Part shown: in pieces, positions 42,201 through 51,730 of the stretch
Position numbering within the stretch: the first letter of the stretch is position 1
Layout: the number at the start of each line of letters is the position of its first letter
From: Hadesarchaea archaeon
Lineage (GTDB): Archaea > Hadarchaeota > Hadarchaeia > Hadarchaeales > Hadarchaeaceae
Reading direction: 5' to 3'
Assembly (NCBI GenBank): GCA_029259175.1
Contig: JAPDJH010000005.1
Span: forward strand, 57,913-121,912
DNA: 64,000 bases
The notes under the pieces: generated by a model
Told to the model about the DNA's origin: nothing
The model's input: only the letters and a program-made list of their open reading frames with translations
Databases searched by the model: none
Program-made: the position numbers and the translations under genes

Positions 42201-42735
42201 TGGGATGGTAAGGGTCTAGATGAAGTTTTCGTCTAACGAAATCTGCAATAAGGATGGAGAGTGCCGCCGCCGTTCCTCCGGCTGCTCGGATTGGACTGGC
42301 CAAATATAGTGCCAAGTACTGGCTGGTTCCAAAGCGCTTTTGCTGCACGTCTTCATAGTTGCGTTTTATTTTCACGGCTGTAATGCCCTCGAGGGGGGCA
42401 ACAACTATGCCCTCTGTAAGAATCGCTAGAGCTGTCCGAATGGCCTGCTCGGCTGCTTTTTCCTTTTCCATGTTGCCGAACCTACCATCCACAATCATCT
42501 CCGCGATTTTGAACGCCAGTTCTTCGCGGTCTTTTATTTCCGACTCAAGCTCCTGAATCACCTTTGCCACTCCGGGAGGACCGACCAGCTGCTCTACACG
42601 CTCGCTCAGATCTCCAGCAGGAGGGATTTCGGGGAACAACTCTGGATCGTACCCCATTGCTCTGGCCTTCTTAGCGATTTCGTACGCCTCTTCCACTTTT
42701 CGCTTTATCTGCTCGGCATAGGCGCTCTTTTCCAT
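39286..42735 (-). CDS. polC: DNA polymerase D large subunit DP2
   Basis: PIRAAGGTA, GGFRLRYGRSRN, RMGRPEK, AAKRRDCDGDED, C-terminal Zn finger and QTSLADF PIP box. Confidence 0.97.
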   Translation of the reverse strand: MEKSAYAEQIKRKVEEAYEIAKKARAMGYDPELFPEIPPAGDLSERVEQLVGPPGVAKVIQELESEIKDREELAFKIAEMIVDGRFGNMEKEKAAEQAIRTALAILTEGIVVAPLEGITAVKIKRNYEDVQQKRFGTSQYLALYLASPIRAAGGTAAALSILIADFVRRKLHLDPYHPTEEEVERYVEEIELYKTTTAPGQYIPSSDEIRKLIWNLPVEVTGEPSDPPTEVNAYRNLDRVEHNYLRGGAILALVDGLLQKIPKVMKYVDSLKLSGWSWLPELQVKEAEEAKELFRKPDKYLDEVIAGRPVFSHPGLDGLGKRGGFRLRYGRSRNTGISAIGINPATMVLCDDFIAIGTQLKLERPGKGGIAASVDWIEGPLVKLDDGSVLRINNAEEARRLKSRVREILYLGDMLVGYGEFLENNHPLMPPGYCEEWWAQEVEKAMKDNAFDHDISQFLRPPFPPPPPELALEISKKLGVPLHPAYTYYYEQLSVEELVELARWLATGTPRFEANRLAELRVTVADSPKRLLEEIGVPHKVENAEVVIREHALPLCVSLGLIVDGKLSSEKLETKIRETHSADVLMVLSELSGIPLRKRGGTFIGARMGRPEKAKPREMRPPVHVLFPVGHAGGRMRNVVEAASVGKVKVEIALLECERCGAAISSKRCPNCGGEGKYVRRCPKCHQIFTTEKCKEHNQSLRYYVEKEINIAEILKQAAVRLGEKPPGLVKGVQGMSSDYKIPEPLEKGILRAKHGVYVFKDGTSRFDATNAPLTHFRPREIGVSVGRLKELGYETDIYGEPLEREDQVVELKVQDVIISEKCAEYLLRVSRFVDELLEKLYGLPAYYRAERKENLLGHLVLALAPHTSVGMVGRIIGFTPANVCFAHPFFHAAKRRDCDGDEDCVMLLLDALLNFSKRFLPSSRGGRMDAPLLLSVHLNPNEIDKQAHNMDIMFRYPLEFYQHAERYALPAEIEEIMETAKKRLGSDKETCGFGFTMDTSDIARGPLETRYKMLETMEEKVKSQLQLAERIRAVDPNHVAELVIDHHFIRDMKGNIRSFSTQEIRCVNCNAKYRRIPLKGTCLRCNGKLVLTVSRGGVEKYLAVALKLAEEYRVSEYTKQRLMLLKRDIQSMFESDVSRQTSLADFLL

Positions 42736-43517
42736 CAGTTCACCACCTCGGCCAAGTTGTTGAAAACAAAGTCCGGCTTCATGCTCGATTTTGCCAGATC
42801 AGCTCTCCGCGTAACACCGCTCAGAACCAGTATAGACCGCACGCCCAGCTTTCTGGCAGCCACGATATCGGTGTCCAGACGATCCCCAATCACAACTGTC
42901 TCCTTTTTTCTAACACCGGCAATCCGGAGTCCCAACTCCAACATATAGGTAGAAGGTTTGCCTATGATAATGTCTGGCTCTCGACCAGTACACCCGCTTA
43001 TGGCCCCGATCACGGCGCCCGCGCCCGGCATCAGACCCTTCTCCGTCGGATAAGTCCTGTCGGCGTTAGTGGCAACGAAACGAGCACCCGCAAATAAAGC
43101 GCGTGCCGCCAAAGCGATTTTAGCATAGGTGAGCTTCCGATCCAATCCAACCACCAAGCAATTCGCCTGCTCGGGGGTTCTCGTCATTCGCACTTTGGCC
43201 GCGCGCAACTCGTTGATCAGACCCCTTTCTCCTACTGGAAAAACCGTGGCTCGCTTCATTCGTTTGAGATACAAAGCTACAGCGTACGCAGAAGTTATTA
43301 TCTCGGAGCGATCGGCGTAAACCCCCATTCTACGAAGCTTCTTAACATAAGCATCCCTGTCCAGAGTCGCGTTATTTGTTGTGAACAATACCTTTCCAAT
43401 CTTTTCTCGAAGCCTCTCAATTACCGGTCCCGGACGACCGATAGGGCGTTCTCCTTTGTACAATACGCCATCCATATCCAAGAACACCAGTTTTACATCA
43501 TCAAGCGGTCGGGGCAA
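42735..43517 (-). CDS. HAD-superfamily IIA hydrolase (NagD-like)
   Basis: DMDGVLY, TNN, ATNAD...P, GKPS, IGDRLDTD. Confidence 0.92.
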   Translation of the reverse strand: MPRPLDDVKLVFLDMDGVLYKGERPIGRPGPVIERLREKIGKVLFTTNNATLDRDAYVKKLRRMGVYADRSEIITSAYAVALYLKRMKRATVFPVGERGLINELRAAKVRMTRTPEQANCLVVGLDRKLTYAKIALAARALFAGARFVATNADRTYPTEKGLMPGAGAVIGAISGCTGREPDIIIGKPSTYMLELGLRIAGVRKKETVVIGDRLDTDIVAARKLGVRSILVLSGVTRRADLAKSSMKPDFVFNNLAEVVN

Positions 43518-45060
43518 AATTCATCACCACCAGTTCATGTGTTTGTAAATCAAATACTGGCACATAACCAGGAGTGGGATCTATACCCATTTTCTGCATG
43601 TACTGTGTCTTGGCCTGAAAAGTTGCCGAATTGACCACTGTTATATTGCGATATGTCTCCGCTCCAAATCTATGGACGTGGCCGCAGTGGAAAACATCCG
43701 GAATTTCGTCTATCACCATCAAATCCTCGGGTTCGGGAGCGATTGCCGTCCTACCTCCGTAAATTGGTGCGAGGTGTCTGCGCTTTAAGAGCTCAATCAT
43801 TGGTTTGGTTGGATGAAGTCTGGAAAGACCGGGAACAGCCGGAATCAGATCATCAAAACTTCTCCCATGATACAGAAGGAAATACACCCCATCTAGGGAA
43901 ATGAGCGAAGGATTGCCAAGCATGTGAAATCCGCGTTCATATAGCGGTGCAGCAATATCTTCGGGGATCGCCGGCTGCGGCTCCGAGGGTCTAGCAGCGT
44001 CGTGGTTTCCAGGAATGATAATGACCTCGATATGCTCGGGAATCTGGGAAAGCAACTCGGCTGCCGCCCCATACTGTTTGTATATGTCGTGGATTAGGAG
44101 TTCGCTTTGTTGTTCGGGATAAACTCCTATCCCATCGACCACGTCTCCAGCGATTATCACGTATTTTACTCTGCTCGCCAGTTCGCGCTTGGATTCTCCC
44201 CCTTCTTCTCCGCGCAGCCATCGGACGAAACGGTAAAACAGGTTTTCTAAGAATTGCTCACTCCCGATGTGCAGATCGGAAATCATAACGGCACAAAACG
44301 GCTCTTCTGCTCTCCGCCGCTCACGCTGAAATGGAATGCCCGGCCAAAAAATATCGCGCGCAAATACGGTAGATCTGCCACGAGACGCCTTTTGACCCAC
44401 TACCCCTATCACCTCGTCAACAACCACGCGCTCTGCTTTCATGTGCAGTTCTTTGTCTTGTTTTCGCCTTGGAACGATGACCGTGGCTGTTGCACCTGTG
44501 GGATCCTCCAGCTCTATAAACACCGTGCCGGTGGACGGCTGTCGTTTTGAAGCGACCATCCCTATAATGGCCACTTCCTCGTGTTCCGAACGGCTGGGGA
44601 GGCCAGAAAGAGACATAGCAGCTTCGAGGCCTATACGAGCTCTCAGTATTTCAGCCAACTTGCGAAAACGGTCATTGAACAATTTGACAAAATCCTCTAT
44701 CTGTCCCTTTGAGTAGCTCTTACTGGTGATGTCCTTTAGAACTTTGATTTTGCCTTTGTACTCGGCCGCCAAAGGTTTGAACTTTTTGTGGGTGAGCTCA
44801 GAAGGCTTGAATTCGACCGACGGATGCTCGACCTCGGGCTGCGCTTTCTCCTCCATGACAGATACGGAACCCTTCTCCAGAATCTGTCGAATCAAATCGG
44901 ACGTTACCAGAAAGGGCTTGTGCTGGGTGCTTATCAGAGCGCCCAACACATGGTCGGCCAAAGCGTCGGAGTTGGGGTGGGTCTGCAAAAACTCCAATGC
45001 GTCCTTGGTGAGTTGCATTTCAGCATCGGCAAATTTCTTGACGAGCTCACCAATTTCCAC
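43501..45060 (-). CDS. polB: DNA polymerase D small subunit DP1
   Basis: ISDLHIGS, AGDVVDG.G.YP.Q, PGNHD, YHGRS.DD, HLAP.YG, FHCGHVH. Confidence 0.96.
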   Translation of the reverse strand: MEIGELVKKFADAEMQLTKDALEFLQTHPNSDALADHVLGALISTQHKPFLVTSDLIRQILEKGSVSVMEEKAQPEVEHPSVEFKPSELTHKKFKPLAAEYKGKIKVLKDITSKSYSKGQIEDFVKLFNDRFRKLAEILRARIGLEAAMSLSGLPSRSEHEEVAIIGMVASKRQPSTGTVFIELEDPTGATATVIVPRRKQDKELHMKAERVVVDEVIGVVGQKASRGRSTVFARDIFWPGIPFQRERRRAEEPFCAVMISDLHIGSEQFLENLFYRFVRWLRGEEGGESKRELASRVKYVIIAGDVVDGIGVYPEQQSELLIHDIYKQYGAAAELLSQIPEHIEVIIIPGNHDAARPSEPQPAIPEDIAAPLYERGFHMLGNPSLISLDGVYFLLYHGRSFDDLIPAVPGLSRLHPTKPMIELLKRRHLAPIYGGRTAIAPEPEDLMVIDEIPDVFHCGHVHRFGAETYRNITVVNSATFQAKTQYMQKMGIDPTPGYVPVFDLQTHELVVMNFAPTA

Positions 45061-46336
45061 TTCTGGGCCCCCTGCTCACTACGTCCACCAACTGGGTTAG
45101 CAGGTGTTCAAACCGGTAATCACCCTGTACTGCAGAATAGACTTGAAGCGGGTCGACTTCCAGCCGGATCTCTTTGGTTCGGCCGTAACGCCCACGGTTC
45201 ACTATTCTGGCCGAGAGAACCCCAAGCGTGTCTAATTCTGAAATCAAATCACTCACACGGCGTCTGGTCAGCGGGTGCTCGCCCAGTTGTTCGCACACCT
45301 GTCGGTAAGAATCGTAAACCTCGCCGCTCTGAAGAGCTCTCGAAAAACGCTGCGCCAAGACTGCCACGGTGTACAAAACAATTTTTGATTGAAGTGGGAG
45401 TGTTTGGAGCACCTCCACGGTCTGATCCGCTTCGATCTGTTCACGGGCTTTCCGAACGTGTGCGGGCATCACTTTCTCGTCCCCTTCAGCTTCTGCGATC
45501 TCGCCAGCGACCCTAAACAAATCGAGAGCTCGTCTCGCGTCTCCATGTTCACGTGCAGCATAGGCGGCACACAATGGGATTACTGCTGGATCCAAAACCC
45601 CCTCGACAAAACTCATGCGGGCCCGCTCGGCAAGTATATCACGAAGCTGGTTGGCGTTGTAGGGAGAAAACACGAGCTCTTCTTGACCCAAGCTACTTCG
45701 GACTCGACCGTCCAGAAACTCCAAAAAGTTCAAATCATTAGATATCCCGATAATCGATACCTTTGCGTTAACCAAATCTGAATTAATTCTGGTGAGTGCA
45801 TAGAGAGAATCGTCGCCGGTGCGTCTTACGAGACGATCCACCTCATCCAAAACGATAACACACATGTGCTTCTCGCGGTCGAATGCTTTGATAAAACTAC
45901 GATAGACCTCATCTATGGGCCAGCCTGTCCGTGGAACACGTTCCGGGAGACCCAGCGCGCGTAAAGCCTCTTTGCCTCTCTCTTTTTTCAGTTCTTCCAA
46001 AAACACATCTGCCAATTTCGCCAGCAAACGGTAGTGAGTGTTTGTGATCTCACAGTTTATGTAAACTGATTTGACCTCAAAATTAGACTGTTTAGTGGCT
46101 TCTTCAAGCTCTCGCAACACGTGTTTCACGGTGGCCGTTTTGCCTGTTCCAGGTTTACCGTAAATCAAAATATTAGAAGGAGTTTCACCCCGCAACGGTG
46201 CCGCCAAGATTCGGGCCAATTTGTGAATCTCTTTATCACGGTGGGGGAGTCTCTCCGGAATATAAGTCGGTCTTAAGTACTCGCGATTCTTAAAGATGGG
46301 CTTTGAATTGAGAATCATGTCAAACAGCCCTGGCAT
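45047..46336 (-). CDS. cdc6: Orc1/Cdc6 replication initiator (Orc1-1 type)
   Basis: YIPERLPHR, YGKPGTGKT, LDEVD, HGDARRALDL, RRVSDLISELD.LG, GRYGRT. Confidence 0.96.
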   Translation of the reverse strand: MPGLFDMILNSKPIFKNREYLRPTYIPERLPHRDKEIHKLARILAAPLRGETPSNILIYGKPGTGKTATVKHVLRELEEATKQSNFEVKSVYINCEITNTHYRLLAKLADVFLEELKKERGKEALRALGLPERVPRTGWPIDEVYRSFIKAFDREKHMCVIVLDEVDRLVRRTGDDSLYALTRINSDLVNAKVSIIGISNDLNFLEFLDGRVRSSLGQEELVFSPYNANQLRDILAERARMSFVEGVLDPAVIPLCAAYAAREHGDARRALDLFRVAGEIAEAEGDEKVMPAHVRKAREQIEADQTVEVLQTLPLQSKIVLYTVAVLAQRFSRALQSGEVYDSYRQVCEQLGEHPLTRRRVSDLISELDTLGVLSARIVNRGRYGRTKEIRLEVDPLQVYSAVQGDYRFEHLLTQLVDVVSRGPRSGNW

Positions 46337-46823
46337 TGTCTTTCACCTCCTCTCCGAGCTCGAGAAAACTTTCCAGCCATTTCATCCACCAGCTCAAAAT
46401 CTTCGAAACCGTGCTCACTAACAACCTCTCCTCGTACACATCGACACGTGCACTTTCTGGCTCGATCGCCAGTTTTAAAAGTTTCAACGCGCGCCTATCT
46501 GCCAACTGTAATGCCAACCGTTTGAGTTCTGCAGCTTCTTCGTTTCTTCCTTGGCTCTGTAGCAGATTTATGGATTCTCTCACACTCCAATAAAAGTCAG
46601 AAGGGAGTTCGCTGAGCTGAATCCGGTTTTCTTCAGAGACCAGTTTTTTTCTCAACTCGGCCGGTGAAACACTCCGCACTTTAATATCGCCTCGCCTTGC
46701 GAGCACGCGTGCTTCCCAACAAAACAGTTCGATTTTGTCTTCAGCTTCAAAAGGCCCGATTTCCTGACCTGCAATCGACACCGCTGGCACATCCTTTAGA
46801 ACTTCGACTTGGGTCTTCACCAT
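46320..46823 (-). CDS. GINS subunit Gins23-like
   Basis: N-terminal B-domain (IGPF...IEL..WEA..L...G) then helical A-domain (LSELP.DFY, R..KLLKLA); next to mcm. Confidence 0.75.
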   Translation of the reverse strand: MVKTQVEVLKDVPAVSIAGQEIGPFEAEDKIELFCWEARVLARRGDIKVRSVSPAELRKKLVSEENRIQLSELPSDFYWSVRESINLLQSQGRNEEAAELKRLALQLADRRALKLLKLAIEPESARVDVYEERLLVSTVSKILSWWMKWLESFLELGEEVKDNARAV

Positions 46824-48820
46824 TTCACCCTCGCGATAGTTTCCTCAGAAGGCGAATAGAGGGCCCCACGGTTTTTCTCGGTTTCTATGTAATGGTCTAC
46901 GAATTTTTCAGGAATGTTTCGCTCTACAGCCCGTCTCTTCAATTCCTTGATTGGGATGTACTCGCCGTACTCCGCCTCCAATTCCTCGAAAATCTCTTGA
47001 ATACGGGCTATCTTTTCCCGCTGAGATTTCGGCACCCCTGTGGTAATGAGATCCACATCAACCAAACCCGTGTGTATGTCCATGCCCACTTGTTCGAGAT
47101 AGTATTTGACGAGCTCAATAGCGCGTTTTGCATCTTCTATAGTGACTTTCTCACTGAATCTCAAACGGGCCCGCGCTTTGGCCAAGCGGATGATGGCCTC
47201 TAGTTGTCGAATCGTGATCGGTAAAACACCTCCTTTAGCAGAAACTGTTCTGCGCCATTCCACATAGAAATCCTCGATGAGCTTCTGGGCTTCTTTGTCG
47301 GAAAACTTGGGATGGATGTTCTTTCGGGCATAAATGATCATTTTTCTAAGCAAATCTAGTTTGATGGGAGGCTTCACAACTTTCTGTGGCTTAGTATGGA
47401 GAGTTATCACGTGTTTGGCCATAGCATGATCGTCTTCTGTTTTTGGTTCGTCCTTCAAGGCAAAAATTAAATCGAAACGGGAGAGCAACACGGGATCCAA
47501 TGGAAGTTGGGAAGCGATAGGAGTATTTTTATCAAATCGTCCGTGCACCGGATTCGTAGCTGCCAAAACGGCTGTGCGGGTGTTGAGAGTAGCAACGATG
47601 CCTGCCTTTGCGACGCTTATGGTCTGTTGCTCCATCGACTCGAGCATTGTGCCCCTTTCCTCTTCTGGCATTTTCTCAAACTCGTCGATGCACGCGAGCC
47701 CCCCATCGGCGATCACCAAAGCTCCTGCCTCCAAGTTCCAACCGGTGCCTAGCTCGTCGCGAACCGCCGTGGCCGTCAGTCCGGCACCCGTTGTCTTTTT
47801 GCCCGAAGTATAAACTCCACGGGGTGCAACCTCAGCGACCCATTTGAGAATCTGGCTTTTTGCTGTACCGGGTTCACCGGTCAATAAAATGTGGATATCG
47901 CCGCGAATCCGTGTGCCATCCTCTAGTTCTAACGGATCACAACCAAAAAGCTGGAGGGCGATCGCTTCCTTGACGGTTTCATGCCCCATTATGGCTGGAG
48001 CAATCGAATGGATTATCTTATGGCTAATCCATGGGTCCTTTGCCAGCTTCTCTATTTCTTTAATGTCTTCTGATGTCAACTCGGTCTCTTCCACTCCTTT
48101 TTGTAAAACCTCAAGGTGGTTGACTAGGAATACTGTGGTCATTACGCGCTCTTTTTTTCTGCTGAACAAAGGCTGAGGAACGCCCGTGAGGATCACATGG
48201 TTTCCAGGAACTGCTTGATCCACCAAATCGTCGCGCAGAATTCCTTTGAGTCGTCGCGGCATGCGCCCGCCCCGAAGCTTGGCTGGCGGTTCTTGGACTG
48301 CAATGCTCTGCCAATCTCGAAATTCGGTTGACTCAAGCACGAGCTCAAAAGCGTTGGGTCCTCGAGCTTTACAGTTGGGGTTCTCACAAATGAAAGGAGT
48401 TGTGATAAAATCTCCGACCTGCTCTTTGCGGTACTCTTCGCCGCACCGTTTGCATCTGAAAGTGGCCACGTTTATTTCAGGTCTAACTTGACCAGCCTGA
48501 ACCATTATGCCCTCTATTTGAATCAGTCTACCTAGGTGTTCAGCGCGAATCTCTCGGATTTCGACACTTTCTCCCAAATTTTTAATTCTCAAACTCATGC
48601 GAGGAATCTGAGTTATGCTTTCCAAAAGCTTTGTAGCCTCATCAAAAACTTTCAACGGCTCGTTTAACACGTATTTGGCCAACTCTTGATCGAACTGAAT
48701 GATCTCGTCATAATCCACTATTAACGATTTTCGGCCAGCAGCCACAGCTTGTTTCAATCTTTTGGAAATGGCAGATTGGCGCAGGAAATCTTCTAACTTC
48801 TCCCTCATTTTTTGATCCAT
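46817..48820 (-). CDS. mcm: MCM replicative helicase
   Basis: Zn finger, GEPGTAKSQ, IDEFEKM, MEQQTISVAKAGI, SRFDL, RQLE; no intein. Confidence 0.97.
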   Translation of the reverse strand: MDQKMREKLEDFLRQSAISKRLKQAVAAGRKSLIVDYDEIIQFDQELAKYVLNEPLKVFDEATKLLESITQIPRMSLRIKNLGESVEIREIRAEHLGRLIQIEGIMVQAGQVRPEINVATFRCKRCGEEYRKEQVGDFITTPFICENPNCKARGPNAFELVLESTEFRDWQSIAVQEPPAKLRGGRMPRRLKGILRDDLVDQAVPGNHVILTGVPQPLFSRKKERVMTTVFLVNHLEVLQKGVEETELTSEDIKEIEKLAKDPWISHKIIHSIAPAIMGHETVKEAIALQLFGCDPLELEDGTRIRGDIHILLTGEPGTAKSQILKWVAEVAPRGVYTSGKKTTGAGLTATAVRDELGTGWNLEAGALVIADGGLACIDEFEKMPEEERGTMLESMEQQTISVAKAGIVATLNTRTAVLAATNPVHGRFDKNTPIASQLPLDPVLLSRFDLIFALKDEPKTEDDHAMAKHVITLHTKPQKVVKPPIKLDLLRKMIIYARKNIHPKFSDKEAQKLIEDFYVEWRRTVSAKGGVLPITIRQLEAIIRLAKARARLRFSEKVTIEDAKRAIELVKYYLEQVGMDIHTGLVDVDLITTGVPKSQREKIARIQEIFEELEAEYGEYIPIKELKRRAVERNIPEKFVDHYIETEKNRGALYSPSEETIARVKW

Positions 48821-49172
48821 GAATCCAGCCTCCCGTTTGGTAATTTCGGGATGAGATTTAAACTATGCTCGTAAAAATTTGAGAAATCGTTATTAAAACT
48901 TGTGAAAATTTTTGCACTATTTCTTAAATTTTGCGACACAATTTTGACTATGAGAGAGTGTGAGATCTTCGAAACCCACGTCTTCTTTTGAATGAGTCGC
49001 ATACGCGCCCCAATTTGGAAAAATCGTCTCTGGATTAAACTCATTTTTTCAGAGAGGTCACCAAAAGTATTTCAGTATAAAAACGAGACTTAGCTGGCTT
49101 GGTTTGCTAAATAATTGTCAGATTAAAGCGCGAAAATTTCTCCAGTGGATGCAGTGGAAATCAGTGGAAGAA

Positions 49173-50480
49173 CTATTGACTGCTCGATAGAGAAATATAT
49201 TCATATGCCTCTATCGGAGATTCGAAACAATAACAAATTTTTTGATATTCTTTTCTGAATTCTGCTACCTCTTGGGCGATGCGCTCTTCGGGTTCACCAT
49301 CTACGACCACCCGAACTATGAACTCGGCAATTGTCTTCATTTCTCGTTCTTTCATTCCCAACCGAGTAACCTCGGAGGTGCCAATCCGGATCCCCCCAGG
49401 ATGTTTATAATTGCGTCCTTGTCGCGGATCCCATGGCAAAAGATTTCGATTGAGGATGATATTCGCATTTTCCAGTTTCTGCTCGATGGTGCCCCCGTCG
49501 CCGTACTTCGTTATGTCCGCTAAGAGAATATGGGATTGAGTGAAGCCCAGATCTGCGCACAGAACGTTTATTCCTTGGTCATAGAGGGCCTTTCCCAAAG
49601 CTTTAGCGTTCTTTATGATTTGAGATGCATATTCTTTACCAAACTTCATCATCTCTGCCAATGTGACGACCAAAGCAGCGACAGCGTGCAAATGGTGGTT
49701 GCTGACCACGCCGGGAAAAACAGCCCGGTTGATCCGATCTGCAAGCTCCTTAGTACACAGGATCATCCCATGCTGTGGTCCAGGAAGGGTTTTGTGAGTG
49801 CTGCAGGTCATGACCTCTGCCCCCTCGCGTAGAGGATCTTGGAAGTGCTTACCGGCTATAAGCCCGGCTACGTGAGCGGCATCATACATGACGTGGGCCC
49901 CCACATCCTTCGCTATTGGAGCGAGCTCTTTTACAGGATGCGGAAAGAGAAAAACGCTGCCACCGAAGGTTACGAGCTTTGGCTTCACTTGCTTGATTTT
50001 TTCCTCAGCAGCTTCAACGTCTATGTTCATCCGGGTTTCATCAAATGGGAAATATTCGATTTCTAAACCGTGGACGGCTCCAGCCGTGCCTCCGAATTTC
50101 TTTTTCCCCATGCTGATGTGTCCGCCCATCGCAATCGACAAACACATCATCGTGTCGCCCGGATCGGTTAGGGCGGTATACGTAGCGAGATTAGCAGTCA
50201 CGCCCGAAATGGGTTGGACGTTTGCATGCTCGGCTTCAAAAAGTTCTCTTGCCAGCTCCATTGCAAGCAGTTCCACTTGGTCGATATATTTGCATCCGGC
50301 ATATACCCGCTCTCCAGGCCACCCCTCAGCATATCGGTGTTGGAAATCGCAGATCAGCAACTCCCGAACGGCAGGGCTAGTCACATTCTCACTGGCTATG
50401 AGCGGAATAGAATTTCTGAACCACTCATGGTGTTGGTGAACTAGATCGAAAACACGCTTCATGTATTCTTCTGATTTCAC
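49173..50480 (-). CDS. glyA: Serine hydroxymethyltransferase
   Basis: LIASEN, RYAEG.PG.R.Y.G, STHKTLPGPQ. Confidence 0.96.
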   Translation of the reverse strand: MKSEEYMKRVFDLVHQHHEWFRNSIPLIASENVTSPAVRELLICDFQHRYAEGWPGERVYAGCKYIDQVELLAMELARELFEAEHANVQPISGVTANLATYTALTDPGDTMMCLSIAMGGHISMGKKKFGGTAGAVHGLEIEYFPFDETRMNIDVEAAEEKIKQVKPKLVTFGGSVFLFPHPVKELAPIAKDVGAHVMYDAAHVAGLIAGKHFQDPLREGAEVMTCSTHKTLPGPQHGMILCTKELADRINRAVFPGVVSNHHLHAVAALVVTLAEMMKFGKEYASQIIKNAKALGKALYDQGINVLCADLGFTQSHILLADITKYGDGGTIEQKLENANIILNRNLLPWDPRQGRNYKHPGGIRIGTSEVTRLGMKEREMKTIAEFIVRVVVDGEPEERIAQEVAEFRKEYQKICYCFESPIEAYEYISLSSSQ

Positions 50481-51697
50481 CTCACCAGCCCCTTCAACTC
50501 TCTCACATCTCCAGATATCACTTTTGGTGGCTCCGAGATACTTATTGCCTCCTCGGGGTCTTTAAGTGTATGGCCCGTTGCTACACACACCACCTTTTCA
50601 TCTTTGGAAACCTCGCCCGAGCGCAACAACTTTATCAGTCCAGCAACGGACGCTGCACTTGCCGGCTCCACCCCGATCCCTTCTAGTTGGGCGATTAGTT
50701 TCTGTGCGCGGACAATTTCTTTGTCCGATACAGCTTCAGCCATTCCTTTGGACCTTCTTATAGCATGCAGTGCCTTAATTCCGTTTACCGGATTGCCTAT
50801 CCGGATGGCCGTAGCAATTGTTTCAGGATTCTCCACGGGTTCGAAATAATCCCAGCCTCGCTTGAATGCACGGACAATTGGCATTGCGCCTTTTGCTTGG
50901 ATTCCGATCATAGAAGGAATTTTCTTTATCTTTCCTATTCGGTGAAACTCAGTAAACCCTTTATATATCGCCCATATATTAGCACAATTTCCCATTGGCA
51001 CGAACACTCTATCTGGACTTCCGTTTAGTTGCTCCACAATTTCATATCCTATGGTCTTCTGACCCTGAGGGCGGAACGGATTAATCGAGTTCAGCAAATA
51101 TATTCGTGGATTTTTCTCACAAACTTCTCTGACGAGCTCCAAGGCTCGATCGAAATTCCCTTTTATTGCGAATACCTGTGCACCGAAAATCAAGGTTTGA
51201 GTTAATTTGCCTAGAGCGACCTTTCCTTTCGGTAAAAACACATAGCATTTCAAGTTCGCTCTGGCAGCGTAAGCAGCAAGTGATGCCGAAGTGTTGCCAG
51301 TGGAAGCGCACGCGACAATTTTTGCTCCGAACTCCAGTGCCTTGGTCACGCCCAAGGTCATGCCACGATCCTTGAAGGATCCCGTTGGATTAGCTCCCTC
51401 GAACTTTATGAAAAGTTCTTCTATGCCCAAGTATCGTGCTAAACGGTCACATCGAATAAGAGGCGTTCCTCCCTCATCCAAGCTCACCACTTTGGAAAAA
51501 TCGAGAACTGGTAGAAGGGCGCGATAACGCCACACTCGGAGGGGTCCAGAGAGCGGATAGCACTTTAAATTTCGCTTTAACTCCTTGTCCGAAAACTCCA
51601 CTTCGAGCAGGCTTCCACACTTGGGGCAAGTGTAAGCAAGAGCTTGAATTGGCAATTTGTGTTTGCACTGGAAGCACTGGAGCTCCATCCGAACCAA
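50477..51697 (-). CDS. thrC: Threonine synthase
   Basis: NPTGSFKDRG, ASTGNTSAS, EPASA. Confidence 0.95.
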   Translation of the reverse strand: MVRMELQCFQCKHKLPIQALAYTCPKCGSLLEVEFSDKELKRNLKCYPLSGPLRVWRYRALLPVLDFSKVVSLDEGGTPLIRCDRLARYLGIEELFIKFEGANPTGSFKDRGMTLGVTKALEFGAKIVACASTGNTSASLAAYAARANLKCYVFLPKGKVALGKLTQTLIFGAQVFAIKGNFDRALELVREVCEKNPRIYLLNSINPFRPQGQKTIGYEIVEQLNGSPDRVFVPMGNCANIWAIYKGFTEFHRIGKIKKIPSMIGIQAKGAMPIVRAFKRGWDYFEPVENPETIATAIRIGNPVNGIKALHAIRRSKGMAEAVSDKEIVRAQKLIAQLEGIGVEPASAASVAGLIKLLRSGEVSKDEKVVCVATGHTLKDPEEAISISEPPKVISGDVRELKGLVR

Positions 51698-51730
51698 GAT
51701 GAATTCTTGTGGTCTTCTATAAACTTGTGC

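Noticed and set aside
48805-49044. 79-aa ORF upstream of mcm
   Set aside because: Lies in AT-rich promoter DNA with no recognisable features.
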